From positions 6,913-70,912 of the forward strand of contig JBGVFK010000005.1 of the NCBI GenBank assembly GCA_045121075.1: 64,000 bases of DNA. The letters run 5' to 3'. The DNA is from Acutalibacteraceae bacterium. Its GTDB lineage: Bacteria; Bacillota; Clostridia; Oscillospirales; Acutalibacteraceae. Under the pieces are notes generated by a model, which worked only from the letters and a program-made list of their open reading frames with translations, was not told the origin of the DNA and did not search any database. Position 1 is the stretch's first letter. Each line of letters starts with the position of its first letter. The translations under genes and the position numbers were made by a program. Shown piece by piece: positions 26,414 through 35,490 of this stretch.

Positions 26414-28789
26414 TTATACAGCCTTCTTCTGTGCTATGAATTCTTTGATCTGTGCAACACCTGCATATTTTACGAAGCCGTCTTCGGTTTCAATTACAAG
26501 TGTTGGAGCCTGCTTAACCTCAAAGCCTCTTGCAAGGTCAGCGTTATCTGTTGCAAGAAGAGTTTCATAAGCGATACCTTCCTTATCAAGGAGCATCTTA
26601 GCTACCTTGCAGTTGGGGCAGGTTGCACTTGTGAAAAGCATAACTCTCTTTGCTTCAGCCTTGCATTCGCATGCTTCTTCCTGAACTGATTCAGTGTTAC
26701 CGTGCTTAAGAATTGACTTTTCAATAATGTAATCCTGACGGTGCTTGAATTCCTGACTCTTACCTGCGTTCCAGTTCTGAACGGGACGGTAGTAACCTGT
26801 AATTCTTGAGTAAACCTCAGTTTTCTTGCCGCAGTCGGGACATTCGTAAACCTCACCCTTGATGTAACCGTGGTCACGGCAGATTGAATATGTGGGTGAA
26901 AGTGTGTAGTAAGGAAGTGAATAGTTTTCTGCAATCTTTCTGATAAGGTTTGCAGCTGCTTTCCAGTCTGTCATCTTTTCACCGAGGAATGCATGGAATA
27001 CAGTACCTGAAGTGTAAAGAGTCTGAAGACCGTCCTGAATATCAAGAGCTTCAAATACATCGTGAGTATAACCAACGGGAAGATGTGATGAGTTGGTGTA
27101 GTAGGGAGCCTCATCCTCTGTTTTAGCCGCTGTGATGATTGAGGGATAACGAGCCTTGTCGTGCTTTGCAAGACGGTATGTTGTTGATTCAGCGGGAGTA
27201 GCCTCAAGGTTGTAAAGGTCGCCGTACATTTCCTGATAATCTGAAAGACGCTCTCTCATATGGTTAAGAACATTCTTTGTGAATTCCTGAGCTGTTTCGT
27301 GAGTAAGGTCCTTGCCGATCCAGTTAGCGTTAAGGCAAGCTTCGTTCATACCGATAAGACCGATAGTTGAGAAGTGGTTGTTGAATGTTCCAAGATAGTG
27401 CTTTGTGTAGGGGTAAAGGCCTTCGTCAAGAAGCTTTGTAATGATTGTTCTCTTGATTTTGAGTGAACGGGCAGCGATGTCCATCATCTTGTCCAGTCGT
27501 CTGTAGAATTCCTCTTCTGTTGTTGAAAGGAAAGCGATTCTGGGCATATTGATTGTAACAACGCCTACTGAACCTGTTGATTCACCTGAACCGAAGAAGC
27601 CGCCTGATTTCTTTCTGAGCTCTCTGAGGTCAAGACGAAGACGGCAGCACATTGAACGTACATCTGAGGGCTCCATATCTGAGTTGATGTAGTTTGAGAA
27701 ATAGGGTGTACCGTACTTTGAAGTCATTTCAAAGAGAAGCTGATTGTTGAGAGTGTCTGACCAGTCAAAGTTCTTTGTGATTGAGTATGTGGGAATGGGA
27801 TACTGGAAGCCTCTGCCGTTAGCGTCGCCTTCAATCATAACCTCGATGAATGCGCGGTTAACCATATCCATTTCCTTCTGGCAGTCTTTATAGTAGAAGT
27901 CCATTTCCTTGCCGCCAACAATTGCCTTCTGTTCAGCAAGGTCAGCAGGTACTACCCAGTCAAGAGTGATATTTGTAAAGGGAGCCTGAGTACCCCAACG
28001 AGAGGGAGTGTTAACACCGTAGATAAATGATTCGATGCACTTTTTAACCTGTTCGTATGAAAGGTTGTCAGCCTTTACGAAAGCTGCAAGATATGTATCG
28101 AAGGATGAGAATGCCTGAGCGCCTGCCCATTCGTTCTGCATAATGCCGAGGAAGTTAACCATCTGGTTGCAGAGAGTTGCAAGATGCTTGGGAGGAGCTG
28201 AACTGATTTTACCTGTTACACCGCCGAGACCCTCCTGAATAAGCTGCTTGAGTGACCAGCCTGCACAGTAGCCTGTAAGCATTGAAAGGTCGTGAAGATG
28301 AATGTCGCCTGCTCTGTGAGCGTTGGAAATTTCATCATCATAGATTTCTGAAAGCCAGTAGTTAGCAGTAATTGCACCTGAGTTTGAAAGGATAAGACCG
28401 CCTACTGAATATGTAACGGTTGAGTTTTCCTTAACTCTCCAGTCAAGGTCCTTAACATATGAGTCAACAACATCCTTATAGTCGAGGATAGTGGACTTCA
28501 TATTACGGATCTTTTCTCTCTGCTTTCTGTAAAGAATGTAAGCCTTTGCGATATCGTCGTAGCCTGCCTTGATAAGCACTGATTCAACGCTGTCCTGAAT
28601 ATCTTCAACTGAAACCTGTCCGTCGTCGATTTTTTCTGCGTAATCAGCAGTAACCTTTAAGGTGAGAAGGTCGATGATATCTTCGTTGTAAGCCTTGCTC
28701 TGAGCTTCGAATGCCTTGGTGATAGCTTTTGAAATTTTTGAAATGTCAAAATTGGTAACTTTGCCGTCTCTTTTTACTACGCTGTACAT
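26414..28789 (-). CDS. nrdD: Anaerobic (class III) ribonucleoside-triphosphate reductase with C-terminal glutaredoxin/NrdH-like domain
   Basis: An N-terminal ATP-cone (VVKRDGKVTNFDISKI), a Zn site CPDCG, and the glycyl-radical motif RITGYYRPV are present. An extra ~77-aa tail follows: RVMLFTSATCPNCKVAKMLLDKEGIAYE...QAPTLVI (26414-26647). Confidence 0.9.
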   Translation of the reverse strand: MYSVVKRDGKVTNFDISKISKAITKAFEAQSKAYNEDIIDLLTLKVTADYAEKIDDGQVSVEDIQDSVESVLIKAGYDDIAKAYILYRKQREKIRNMKSTILDYKDVVDSYVKDLDWRVKENSTVTYSVGGLILSNSGAITANYWLSEIYDDEISNAHRAGDIHLHDLSMLTGYCAGWSLKQLIQEGLGGVTGKISSAPPKHLATLCNQMVNFLGIMQNEWAGAQAFSSFDTYLAAFVKADNLSYEQVKKCIESFIYGVNTPSRWGTQAPFTNITLDWVVPADLAEQKAIVGGKEMDFYYKDCQKEMDMVNRAFIEVMIEGDANGRGFQYPIPTYSITKNFDWSDTLNNQLLFEMTSKYGTPYFSNYINSDMEPSDVRSMCCRLRLDLRELRKKSGGFFGSGESTGSVGVVTINMPRIAFLSTTEEEFYRRLDKMMDIAARSLKIKRTIITKLLDEGLYPYTKHYLGTFNNHFSTIGLIGMNEACLNANWIGKDLTHETAQEFTKNVLNHMRERLSDYQEMYGDLYNLEATPAESTTYRLAKHDKARYPSIITAAKTEDEAPYYTNSSHLPVGYTHDVFEALDIQDGLQTLYTSGTVFHAFLGEKMTDWKAAANLIRKIAENYSLPYYTLSPTYSICRDHGYIKGEVYECPDCGKKTEVYSRITGYYRPVQNWNAGKSQEFKHRQDYIIEKSILKHGNTESVQEEACECKAEAKRVMLFTSATCPNCKVAKMLLDKEGIAYETLLATDNADLARGFEVKQAPTLVIETEDGFVKYAGVAQIKEFIAQKKAV

Positions 28790-28853
28790 TGTTTTTCCTC
28801 CTTATTTTTCTTTTTTATATTAATAAAATTTTACCCATAATGCGAGCATTGAC

Positions 28854-28882
28854 ATTGTAGCAGATAAGACTTGCAAAGTCAA
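28854..28882 (-). promoter_or_regulatory. Sigma-70-type promoter of nrdD
   Basis: The minus strand reads TTGACT, a 17-nt spacer, then TACAAT. Confidence 0.6.
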
Positions 28883-28887
28883 GAAGA

Positions 28888-28936
28888 AAATACAAGATTT
28901 GGAAAAAATATTTTTAGTGAACCCAATATATTGTGT
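28888..28936 (-). promoter_or_regulatory. Candidate tandem NrdR boxes
   Basis: The minus strand has ACACAATATATTGGGT (28921-28936), a good match to the palindromic NrdR box as I recall it. A weaker TCCAAATCTTGTATTT (28888-28903) lies about 33 bp away centre to centre, just upstream of the -35. Confidence 0.4.
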
Positions 28937-29021
28937 TTTGGAGGGTTTTAAACATATACAACTGTCGGTTTTCATACACCGGAATGCTTATGCAACATTT
29001 GTTGTAGTATGTACAAGGCAG

Positions 29022-29059
29022 AAAAATAAAGAACCCTTCAGGAATTACCTGAAGGGTTC
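29022..29059 (-). terminator. Rho-independent terminator
   Basis: The hairpin gaacccttcagg-aatta-cctgaagggttc has a T-run on the minus strand. Confidence 0.8.
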
Positions 29060-29074
29060 CGTAGAATTTTTAAA

Positions 29075-30175
29075 TCAGAAGTGGATTGCACCGCACTTGC
29101 ATTCACGGTTCCATTTGATTTTGAACATCATTGAGATGAGCATCTTAAGGTTCCAGAGGAATCTTGCCCAGCCTGTTGCGTGATGACAATCGCAATCACA
29201 GTCGCTGCCGTAATCTGAACCGATCTTTGAAAGCCATTCGATTACACCGTCTGTAGTTTTGTTGTCAAACTTGTATGTACGTTCCTGACCGTCAATTGTC
29301 TTTGCGCCTGAATGGTCACCGGGATAACGGCAGTCATAAGCTGCATATTCCCAAGTTTCGTGGTGTTTCTTTTCACCAGTTGAAACATTGAATGTATCAA
29401 AGGTTGTGTATCTGCAAACATATGAATGAGCAGTTGTGTTCTTGATAGCGTCCCAAAGCTGTGTGCCAACCTTGCTGAATGCTGAATCAGCTACTGTGTC
29501 ACTCTTACAAGCGAAGAGCCACATGGGAATGTCTGCGAGAGCATCAAGCTCATTCTGTGTGGGCATATATGTGGGTGATGCAAGAACCATAGCAGCGAAA
29601 AGCTCGGGTGATTCTGCTGCGAGTCTTACGCCAAGCTTACAGCCTTCGTCCCATGAAACAAGATAAATTCTGTTTGTATCAACATGGTCAGCATTCTTGC
29701 TGAGGAAGTCAGTAATCATTGCCTTAACTGAAGCTCTTACGTTTGATTCGTTTTCAATTGCGCCGCCTGCATAGCTGTTGATGGGATGAGGACGGGCAAG
29801 AACGATGTAAGCACCGCCTGCGTTGTAGAAACGGCTCTGATAGTCAGGTAATGCCCAAAGAGGGAAGCTTGTTTCTCTGAGCTCAGCACCCTGGTTGCCT
29901 GTGTTTCTTGTTTTACCGATGAAGAAAACAACGGGATACTTCTTTGTGCTGCTGTAATCAGCGTCAAGGGGTGATGAATAGCTGTATTCAGTTACATAAC
30001 CACCAAAACCTAAAGTACCGCCTGTTGAAGGACCGGAAGCTGTTCTGAACTTACCCTGAGCAGTTTCGAGGTCACCTGTTCCGATAACTGCAGCAAAGGA
30101 ATAAATTCCGCAGCTCATCATGAGAATAAGACTAAGAACAAGTGAAATTATTCTTTTTGTTGTTTTGGTTAACAT
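29075..30175 (-). CDS. Secreted alpha/beta-hydrolase-like esterase with Cys/His-rich amphipathic C-terminal tail
   Basis: A signal peptide MLTKTTKRIISLVLSLILMMSCGIYSFAA precedes an esterase / PHB-depolymerase-like core. That assignment is weak and is my reading of YLVSWDEGC in place of GxSxG. The tail is DCDCDCHHATGWARFLWNLKMLISMMFKIKWNRECKCGAIHF. Confidence 0.6.
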   Translation of the reverse strand: MLTKTTKRIISLVLSLILMMSCGIYSFAAVIGTGDLETAQGKFRTASGPSTGGTLGFGGYVTEYSYSSPLDADYSSTKKYPVVFFIGKTRNTGNQGAELRETSFPLWALPDYQSRFYNAGGAYIVLARPHPINSYAGGAIENESNVRASVKAMITDFLSKNADHVDTNRIYLVSWDEGCKLGVRLAAESPELFAAMVLASPTYMPTQNELDALADIPMWLFACKSDTVADSAFSKVGTQLWDAIKNTTAHSYVCRYTTFDTFNVSTGEKKHHETWEYAAYDCRYPGDHSGAKTIDGQERTYKFDNKTTDGVIEWLSKIGSDYGSDCDCDCHHATGWARFLWNLKMLISMMFKIKWNRECKCGAIHF

Positions 30176-30506
30176 CTTCGTTTACCTCCTGATAAAATTA
30201 AAATGTAATCTTCTACATACTATACAATTATACTAAAGGGAAATACGGTTGTCAAGATTTATACATACAAATTGGCATAATTTCATAAGAATTTCATATT
30301 AAGAAAACTCAGACGGGATATTACACCCTAATTTATGGTCAAAATATATATAAATTACACAATATTTGTAACAAATCTTAATAAATTTTGTCCAAAATAT
30401 TGACTTTTGTTCTTTATTGCTATATTATTATCCTTATAAAATTGTATCCTTCAGGGTGCAGTCTTTCAATAACGGCTAAAAAGCCGTGAAAAAGGAGTTA
30501 TGAAGA

Positions 30507-32537
30507 ATGGAATTATTGACTTATGCAATACCTGCTGTTGGTGTAGCTGCTTTGCTGTTTGCTTTTATGCTTACCGTAAAAATCAACAAGCACGATGTAG
30601 GTAATGAAAGAATGAAGGAAATTTCCTCAGCGATTCATGAGGGTGCAAAGGCATTTCTTTTTGCTGAATATAAAATTCTGGTGTTCTTTGTTCTTGCTCT
30701 TTTAATTGCAATCGGCTTTGCAATTTCATGGGGCTCAGCAATCAGCTTTTTAATCGGTGCACTTTTCTCAATTACTGCAGGCTACTTCGGTATGAATGTT
30801 GCAACAAAGGCTAATGTAAGAACAGCTCAGGCTGCCGCAGCAGGCGGAATGAAAAAAGCCCTTTCCGTTGCTTTCTCAGGCGGTGCGGTAATGGGTATGT
30901 GCGTTGCAGGTCTCGGACTTTTCGGTATTGCTGCAATTTATGCTCTTACAAAAAATGCAGATTATCTTTTCGGCTTCAGCCTCGGTGCTTCATCAATTGC
31001 ACTTTTTGCCCGTGTTGGTGGCGGTATTTACACAAAGGCTGCTGACGTAGGCGCTGACCTTGTTGGTAAGGTTGAAGCAGGTATTCCTGAAGACGACCCC
31101 AGAAACCCCGCAGTTATTGCTGATAACGTTGGTGATAACGTAGGTGACGTAGCCGGTATGGGCGCGGACCTTTTTGAAAGCTATGCAGGTGCAATTGTTT
31201 CTGCAGTTTCCCTTGGATTTACTGCTTTTATGGGTTCATCAACAAAAACTCAGGGCGTGATTTTCCCTCTTGTTATTGCAGCGGTTGGTATTCTCGCTTC
31301 AATTATTTCTACCTTCTTTGTAAGAGGTGAAACAAAGGATCCTCACAAGGCGCTTAAGGGTGCAACCTATGTTTCTTCAGCAATTGTTGCCGCTGCAGCG
31401 CTTGCTCTCAGCCACTTTATGCTCGGTACACTGAGATACGGTATCGCAGCAGTTTCAGGTATTGTTGTAGGCTCACTTATCGGTATTATTACTGAGCTTT
31501 ATACATCAGATGCTCATAAGGCAGTTCAGAAAATTGCTCAGCAGTCAGAAACCGGTTCAGCAACAAACATTATTTCAGGTATGGCAGTAGGTCTCAGATC
31601 AACAGCCTTCCCGATTCTTCTTATCTGTGTAGGTATTTTTGTTTCATACTTCTGCTGTAAAAATGTTTCTGTGGGTGCAGGTATCTACGGTGTGGCACTT
31701 GCTGCAGTTGGTATGCTTTCAACAACAGGCGTAACTGTTGCCGTTGACGCTTACGGACCTATTGCGGATAATGCAGGTGGTATTGCTGAAATGTCTGGTC
31801 TTGATAAAAGCGTAAGAGAAATCACTGATAAGCTTGACTCTGTTGGTAACACAACTGCTGCTATCGGTAAGGGCTTTGCAATCGGTTCAGCAGCTCTCAC
31901 AGCTCTTGCTCTCTTCTTCTCATATGCTCAGGCAGTTTCACTTGATGCAATGGGTATCAACATTCTCAACTATAAGGTAGTTATCGGTCTTTTCATCGGT
32001 GGCGTTCTTCCCTTTGTATTCTCAGCCTTTACAATGGACAGTGTAAGCAAGGCTGCTTATAAAATGATTGAAGAGGTGCGTCGTCAGTTCAGAGAAATTC
32101 CCGGTATACTTGAAGGTAAGGCAAAGCCGGACTACAGCTCCTGCGTTTCAATTTCAACTACAGCAGCTCTTAAGGAAATGATTATTCCCGGACTTCTTGC
32201 AGTGCTCTGTCCCCTTCTTACCGGTATTGTTCTCGGTGTTGAAGCTCTTGGCGGACTTCTTGCTGGCTCACTTGTAACAGGTGTTCTTCTTGCAATCTTT
32301 ATGTCAAACTCAGGTGGTGCATGGGATAACGCAAAGAAATTCATCGAAGGCGGTGTTTACGGCGGTAAGGGTGGCGATTCACATAAGGCTGCCGTTGTAG
32401 GCGATACAGTAGGTGACCCATTCAAGGATACATCAGGTCCGTCAATCAATATTCTCATCAAGCTTATGACAGTTGTTGCTCTTGTTTTTGCAAAGCTGTT
32501 CCTTATGATAGGAAACGGTGCAGGACTTCTCAATTAA
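30507..32537 (+). CDS. hppA: Membrane-bound proton/sodium-translocating pyrophosphatase
   Basis: The 676-aa polytopic protein carries the [20 protein letters not shown] and [15 protein letters not shown] signatures. Confidence 0.9.
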   Translation: MELLTYAIPAVGVAALLFAFMLTVKINKHDVGNERMKEISSAIHEGAKAFLFAEYKILVFFVLALLIAIGFAISWGSAISFLIGALFSITAGYFGMNVATKANVRTAQAAAAGGMKKALSVAFSGGAVMGMCVAGLGLFGIAAIYALTKNADYLFGFSLGASSIALFARVGGGIYTKAADVGADLVGKVEAGIPEDDPRNPAVIADNVGDNVGDVAGMGADLFESYAGAIVSAVSLGFTAFMGSSTKTQGVIFPLVIAAVGILASIISTFFVRGETKDPHKALKGATYVSSAIVAAAALALSHFMLGTLRYGIAAVSGIVVGSLIGIITELYTSDAHKAVQKIAQQSETGSATNIISGMAVGLRSTAFPILLICVGIFVSYFCCKNVSVGAGIYGVALAAVGMLSTTGVTVAVDAYGPIADNAGGIAEMSGLDKSVREITDKLDSVGNTTAAIGKGFAIGSAALTALALFFSYAQAVSLDAMGINILNYKVVIGLFIGGVLPFVFSAFTMDSVSKAAYKMIEEVRRQFREIPGILEGKAKPDYSSCVSISTTAALKEMIIPGLLAVLCPLLTGIVLGVEALGGLLAGSLVTGVLLAIFMSNSGGAWDNAKKFIEGGVYGGKGGDSHKAAVVGDTVGDPFKDTSGPSINILIKLMTVVALVFAKLFLMIGNGAGLLN

Positions 32538-32547
32538 ATAGTTATAT

Positions 32548-32590
32548 AAAACCGTTGTAAAGGCTGAAAAGCTGAACAACGGTTTTATTG
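32548..32590 (+). terminator. Rho-independent terminator
   Basis: The hairpin aaaccgttgt-(17 nt)-acaacggttt is followed by tattg. Confidence 0.65.
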
Positions 32591-32738
32591 CGTAGAGGCT
32601 GCCATTGGCAGTCTGCTTTAGTTCTTTCCATCTCTTGTATATTTGCCCAACATTTGCTGACCACTGTTCTTCAGATAATGGGTAGGGAAAAATAGGCTTT
32701 TATTATTAGCAGTAAACTAAGAATTTTGTAAGTAATAC

Positions 32739-32793
32739 AATCGGAGTGAAGCGACCCACATCTTAACTCTTAACTCTCAACTCTTAACTCTAA
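32739..32793. repeat. Solo arm of the heptamer-arm element family (GAGTTAA variant)
   Basis: The sequence is atcggagtgaagcgacccacatcttaactcttaactctcaactcttaactctaa. It has the same junction (atcggag..gcgaccc) as the E2 right arm, but the heptamers are TTAACTC/TCAACTC. I saw no partner arm. Confidence 0.65.
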
Positions 32794-32826
32794 AAAAGGA
32801 ACTGCGTAGTAAGCAGTTCCTTTTAT
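32792..32826 (-). terminator. Rho-independent terminator of galT
   Basis: The hairpin ggaactgc-gtagtaa-gcagttcc has a T-run on the minus strand. Confidence 0.75.
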
Positions 32827-32828
32827 AT

Positions 32829-34319
32829 TCATATTACAGATTCAATAAACTTGCTGAATGCCTTGATGCCCTTTTCGTCACGCTTATAAACGCCTGCGTG
32901 CTCAAGTACCTTTGAGAATACCTTGCCAACCTCGTCTTGAACAATTTTTTCTGCGTTTTCAGCAGTGATTGTGTAATTGCCCTTGAATGATTCAGCCCAT
33001 TCCTTGTGCTTTGCTGTAAGCTCGTTGTCTGCAAGATCTGTGCCGTTTACAAGAGCTTCTTCAACAAGCTTAAGCTCTGTCTTAAGTCTTGCAGGAAGAA
33101 CTGCAAGACCCATAACCTCAATAAGACCGATGTTTTCCTTCTTGATGTTGTGAAGCTCCTTGTGAGGATGGTAAACACCGTCGGGATTCTCTTCGGTTGT
33201 GATGTTGTTTCTGAGAACAAGGTCAAGCTCGTAGTTTTCACCCTTCATTCTTGCAATAGGAGTGATGGTGTTGTGCTTTTCACCGTTTGTTTCAGCAAAG
33301 ATGAATGCATCTTCGTCGGTGTAAGCTCTCCATGCAGTGAGAATTTTTTCGCCAAGCTCTACAAGTCTGTCACTGTCCTTGCCTGAAAGACGGATAACTG
33401 ACATAGGCCACTTAACTGTGCCGATTTTTACATCGGGATAATCAGCTGAAGTAAATTCCTTTTCTACGGGAGCCTTTGCCATTGCAAATTCGTAGTTACC
33501 GCCCTGGAAATGCTCGTGAGAGAGAATTGAACCGCCAACGATAGGAAGGTCAGCGTTTGAGCCGATGAAGTAGTGCGGGAAGAGCTTTACAAAGTCAAAG
33601 AGCTTCTTGAAAGCCATACCGTCAATTACCATAGGAGTATGCTTGCCGTTGAAAACAATGCAGTGCTCGTTATAGTAAACATAGGGTGAATACTGGAAGC
33701 CCCACTGTTCACCGTTGATTTCAATGGGGATGATTCTGTGATTCTGTCTTGCGGGATGGTTAATTCTGCCGCGGTAGCCTTCGTTTTCAATGCAGAGAAG
33801 ACACTTGGGATATGAGCTTGCCTTTGCGTTTCTTGCAGCAGCAATTGCCTTGGGGTCCTTCTCAGGCTTTGAAAGGTTAATTGTAATATCAATTTCACCG
33901 TACTCTGTTTCAGTTTTCCACTTCATATCCTTAACGATACGGTAACGGCGGATGTAGTCAGTGTCACGGCTTAATTTATAATAGTAATCTGTAGCCATTT
34001 CAGGTGAAACCTCATAAAGGTCGTTGAAATCTGAAATAACCTCTGAGGGTCTGGGTACAAGCGCTGACATAACCTTTGTGTCGAAAAGGTCACGGCTTGT
34101 AATGTCGTCTTCAATAAGACCGGTTTCAACTGCGAAAGAAAGAATTTCACCGAGAATTTCTTCAAGGTCCTTGTATTCGCATTCCTCTGCAGGCTCGTTG
34201 TATTCATCAAGGTTAAGGATTTCAAGAACACGGTTGATAGTGTAGATTTCGTCTTCCTTTTCAATAAGTCCGCATTCAAGACCGTAGTTGATGAGCTTTC
34301 TGATGCTTGTGTTAATCAT
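32829..34319 (-). CDS. galT: UDP-glucose--hexose-1-phosphate uridylyltransferase (type 2 GalT)
   Basis: At 496 aa it has the length and motifs (ILSHEHFQGG, CIENEGY) of the Firmicute-type GalT. Confidence 0.85.
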   Translation of the reverse strand: MINTSIRKLINYGLECGLIEKEDEIYTINRVLEILNLDEYNEPAEECEYKDLEEILGEILSFAVETGLIEDDITSRDLFDTKVMSALVPRPSEVISDFNDLYEVSPEMATDYYYKLSRDTDYIRRYRIVKDMKWKTETEYGEIDITINLSKPEKDPKAIAAARNAKASSYPKCLLCIENEGYRGRINHPARQNHRIIPIEINGEQWGFQYSPYVYYNEHCIVFNGKHTPMVIDGMAFKKLFDFVKLFPHYFIGSNADLPIVGGSILSHEHFQGGNYEFAMAKAPVEKEFTSADYPDVKIGTVKWPMSVIRLSGKDSDRLVELGEKILTAWRAYTDEDAFIFAETNGEKHNTITPIARMKGENYELDLVLRNNITTEENPDGVYHPHKELHNIKKENIGLIEVMGLAVLPARLKTELKLVEEALVNGTDLADNELTAKHKEWAESFKGNYTITAENAEKIVQDEVGKVFSKVLEHAGVYKRDEKGIKAFSKFIESVI

Positions 34320-34472
34320 AATGCTTCCTCCATTTTAGTTTTCTACCTTTAATAATACACCACACGGCACATAAAAATCAATAATTAAAGAGCGAATTTT
34401 TGTCTTGAAGTAAAATAATTTATGTGCTATACTTGTGATTAAAAGAAATAAGGAAAACAAAGGAGAAAAAAT

Positions 34473-35309
34473 ATGAGCGCATATTGTTGGTTTGACTATT
34501 CAACCGTAATTCTTACAGGAGCTTCAAGCGGTATTGGTAAAGACCTTGCTATAAGACTTATCAGAGACCACGGCTGTAATATTATCGGTATTGCAAGAAA
34601 TGTTGAAAGACTTGAGGGTGTAAAAACTGAGCTTGGTGCTCTCGGTCATAAGTTTACATATTACTCAATGGATGTTTCAAAAAAGGAAAGCTGGGAAACA
34701 CTTAAAGCTGAGCTTACCGAAAAAGGCATTCAGGCAGACATTCTTATTAACAATGCAGGTGTGCTTCCCAAGTTTGACAGCTTCCTTCACTATAACCACA
34801 GCGATATAGAAAAGGCAATGAACATCAATTTCTATTCAGCGGTTTATTCAATGGAAATTATGATGCCTTACATTATGCAGTCTGAAAGACCGGGCATTCT
34901 TAATATTGCTTCATCAGCTGCACTTTGCTCACTTGCAGGTACATCTGTTTACTCGGCAAGCAAGGCAGCACTCAAATCCTTTACCGACGCAATCAGAGAA
35001 GAGGTAAGAGGCAAGTGCTATATCGGTCTTTTCTGTCCCGGATTTACTAAGACAAGCATTTTAAGAGATCAGGGCGAGGTTGCTTCAGGTGCACAGAAGG
35101 TAATGGACTTCATAAGTACTGACTGTGACAAAATGGTTGATATGATTATAAAGGGTATGTGGCAGAAGAAGTCAAACAGAGTTCTCGGTGCAGACGCAAA
35201 AATGATGTGCGAGGGCAACAAAATTGCAGGTGCAAAGTTCAACTTTATCTGCAGCCAGGTTATGCGCCTTTCAGGTGTAAGCCTTTTCAAGCCTATATTT
35301 GAGGATTAA
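34473..35309 (+). CDS. Short-chain dehydrogenase/reductase (SDR)
   Basis: TGASSGIG, NNAG, and the S...YSASK catalytic motifs are present. Confidence 0.8.
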   Translation: MSAYCWFDYSTVILTGASSGIGKDLAIRLIRDHGCNIIGIARNVERLEGVKTELGALGHKFTYYSMDVSKKESWETLKAELTEKGIQADILINNAGVLPKFDSFLHYNHSDIEKAMNINFYSAVYSMEIMMPYIMQSERPGILNIASSAALCSLAGTSVYSASKAALKSFTDAIREEVRGKCYIGLFCPGFTKTSILRDQGEVASGAQKVMDFISTDCDKMVDMIIKGMWQKKSNRVLGADAKMMCEGNKIAGAKFNFICSQVMRLSGVSLFKPIFED

Positions 35310-35349
35310 TAGATTGGGCTGTTAAAAAACTTATTTAATTAGTTATACA

Positions 35350-35376
35350 GTAGGGACACGGCTTGCCGTGTCCGCC
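35350..35376. repeat. REP-like hairpin, copy B
   Basis: The sequence gtagggacacggcttgccgtgtccgcc can be compared with the copy at 22329-22354. Confidence 0.7.
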
Positions 35377-35490
35377 AATAAACCAACACACCACAATTAA
35401 TTTAAAAAGGTGAAACTGACAAAAGAGAAAACCATTGTATCGGCTGAATGAATCAGCTTTTACAATGGTTTTTGTTATATAATTTTTATG

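Noticed and set aside
28899-29183. A 94-aa plus-strand ORF between nrdD and the esterase gene
   Set aside because: It spans the nrdD promoter/NrdR-box region, a terminator hairpin and the antisense of the esterase 3' end. There is no RBS.
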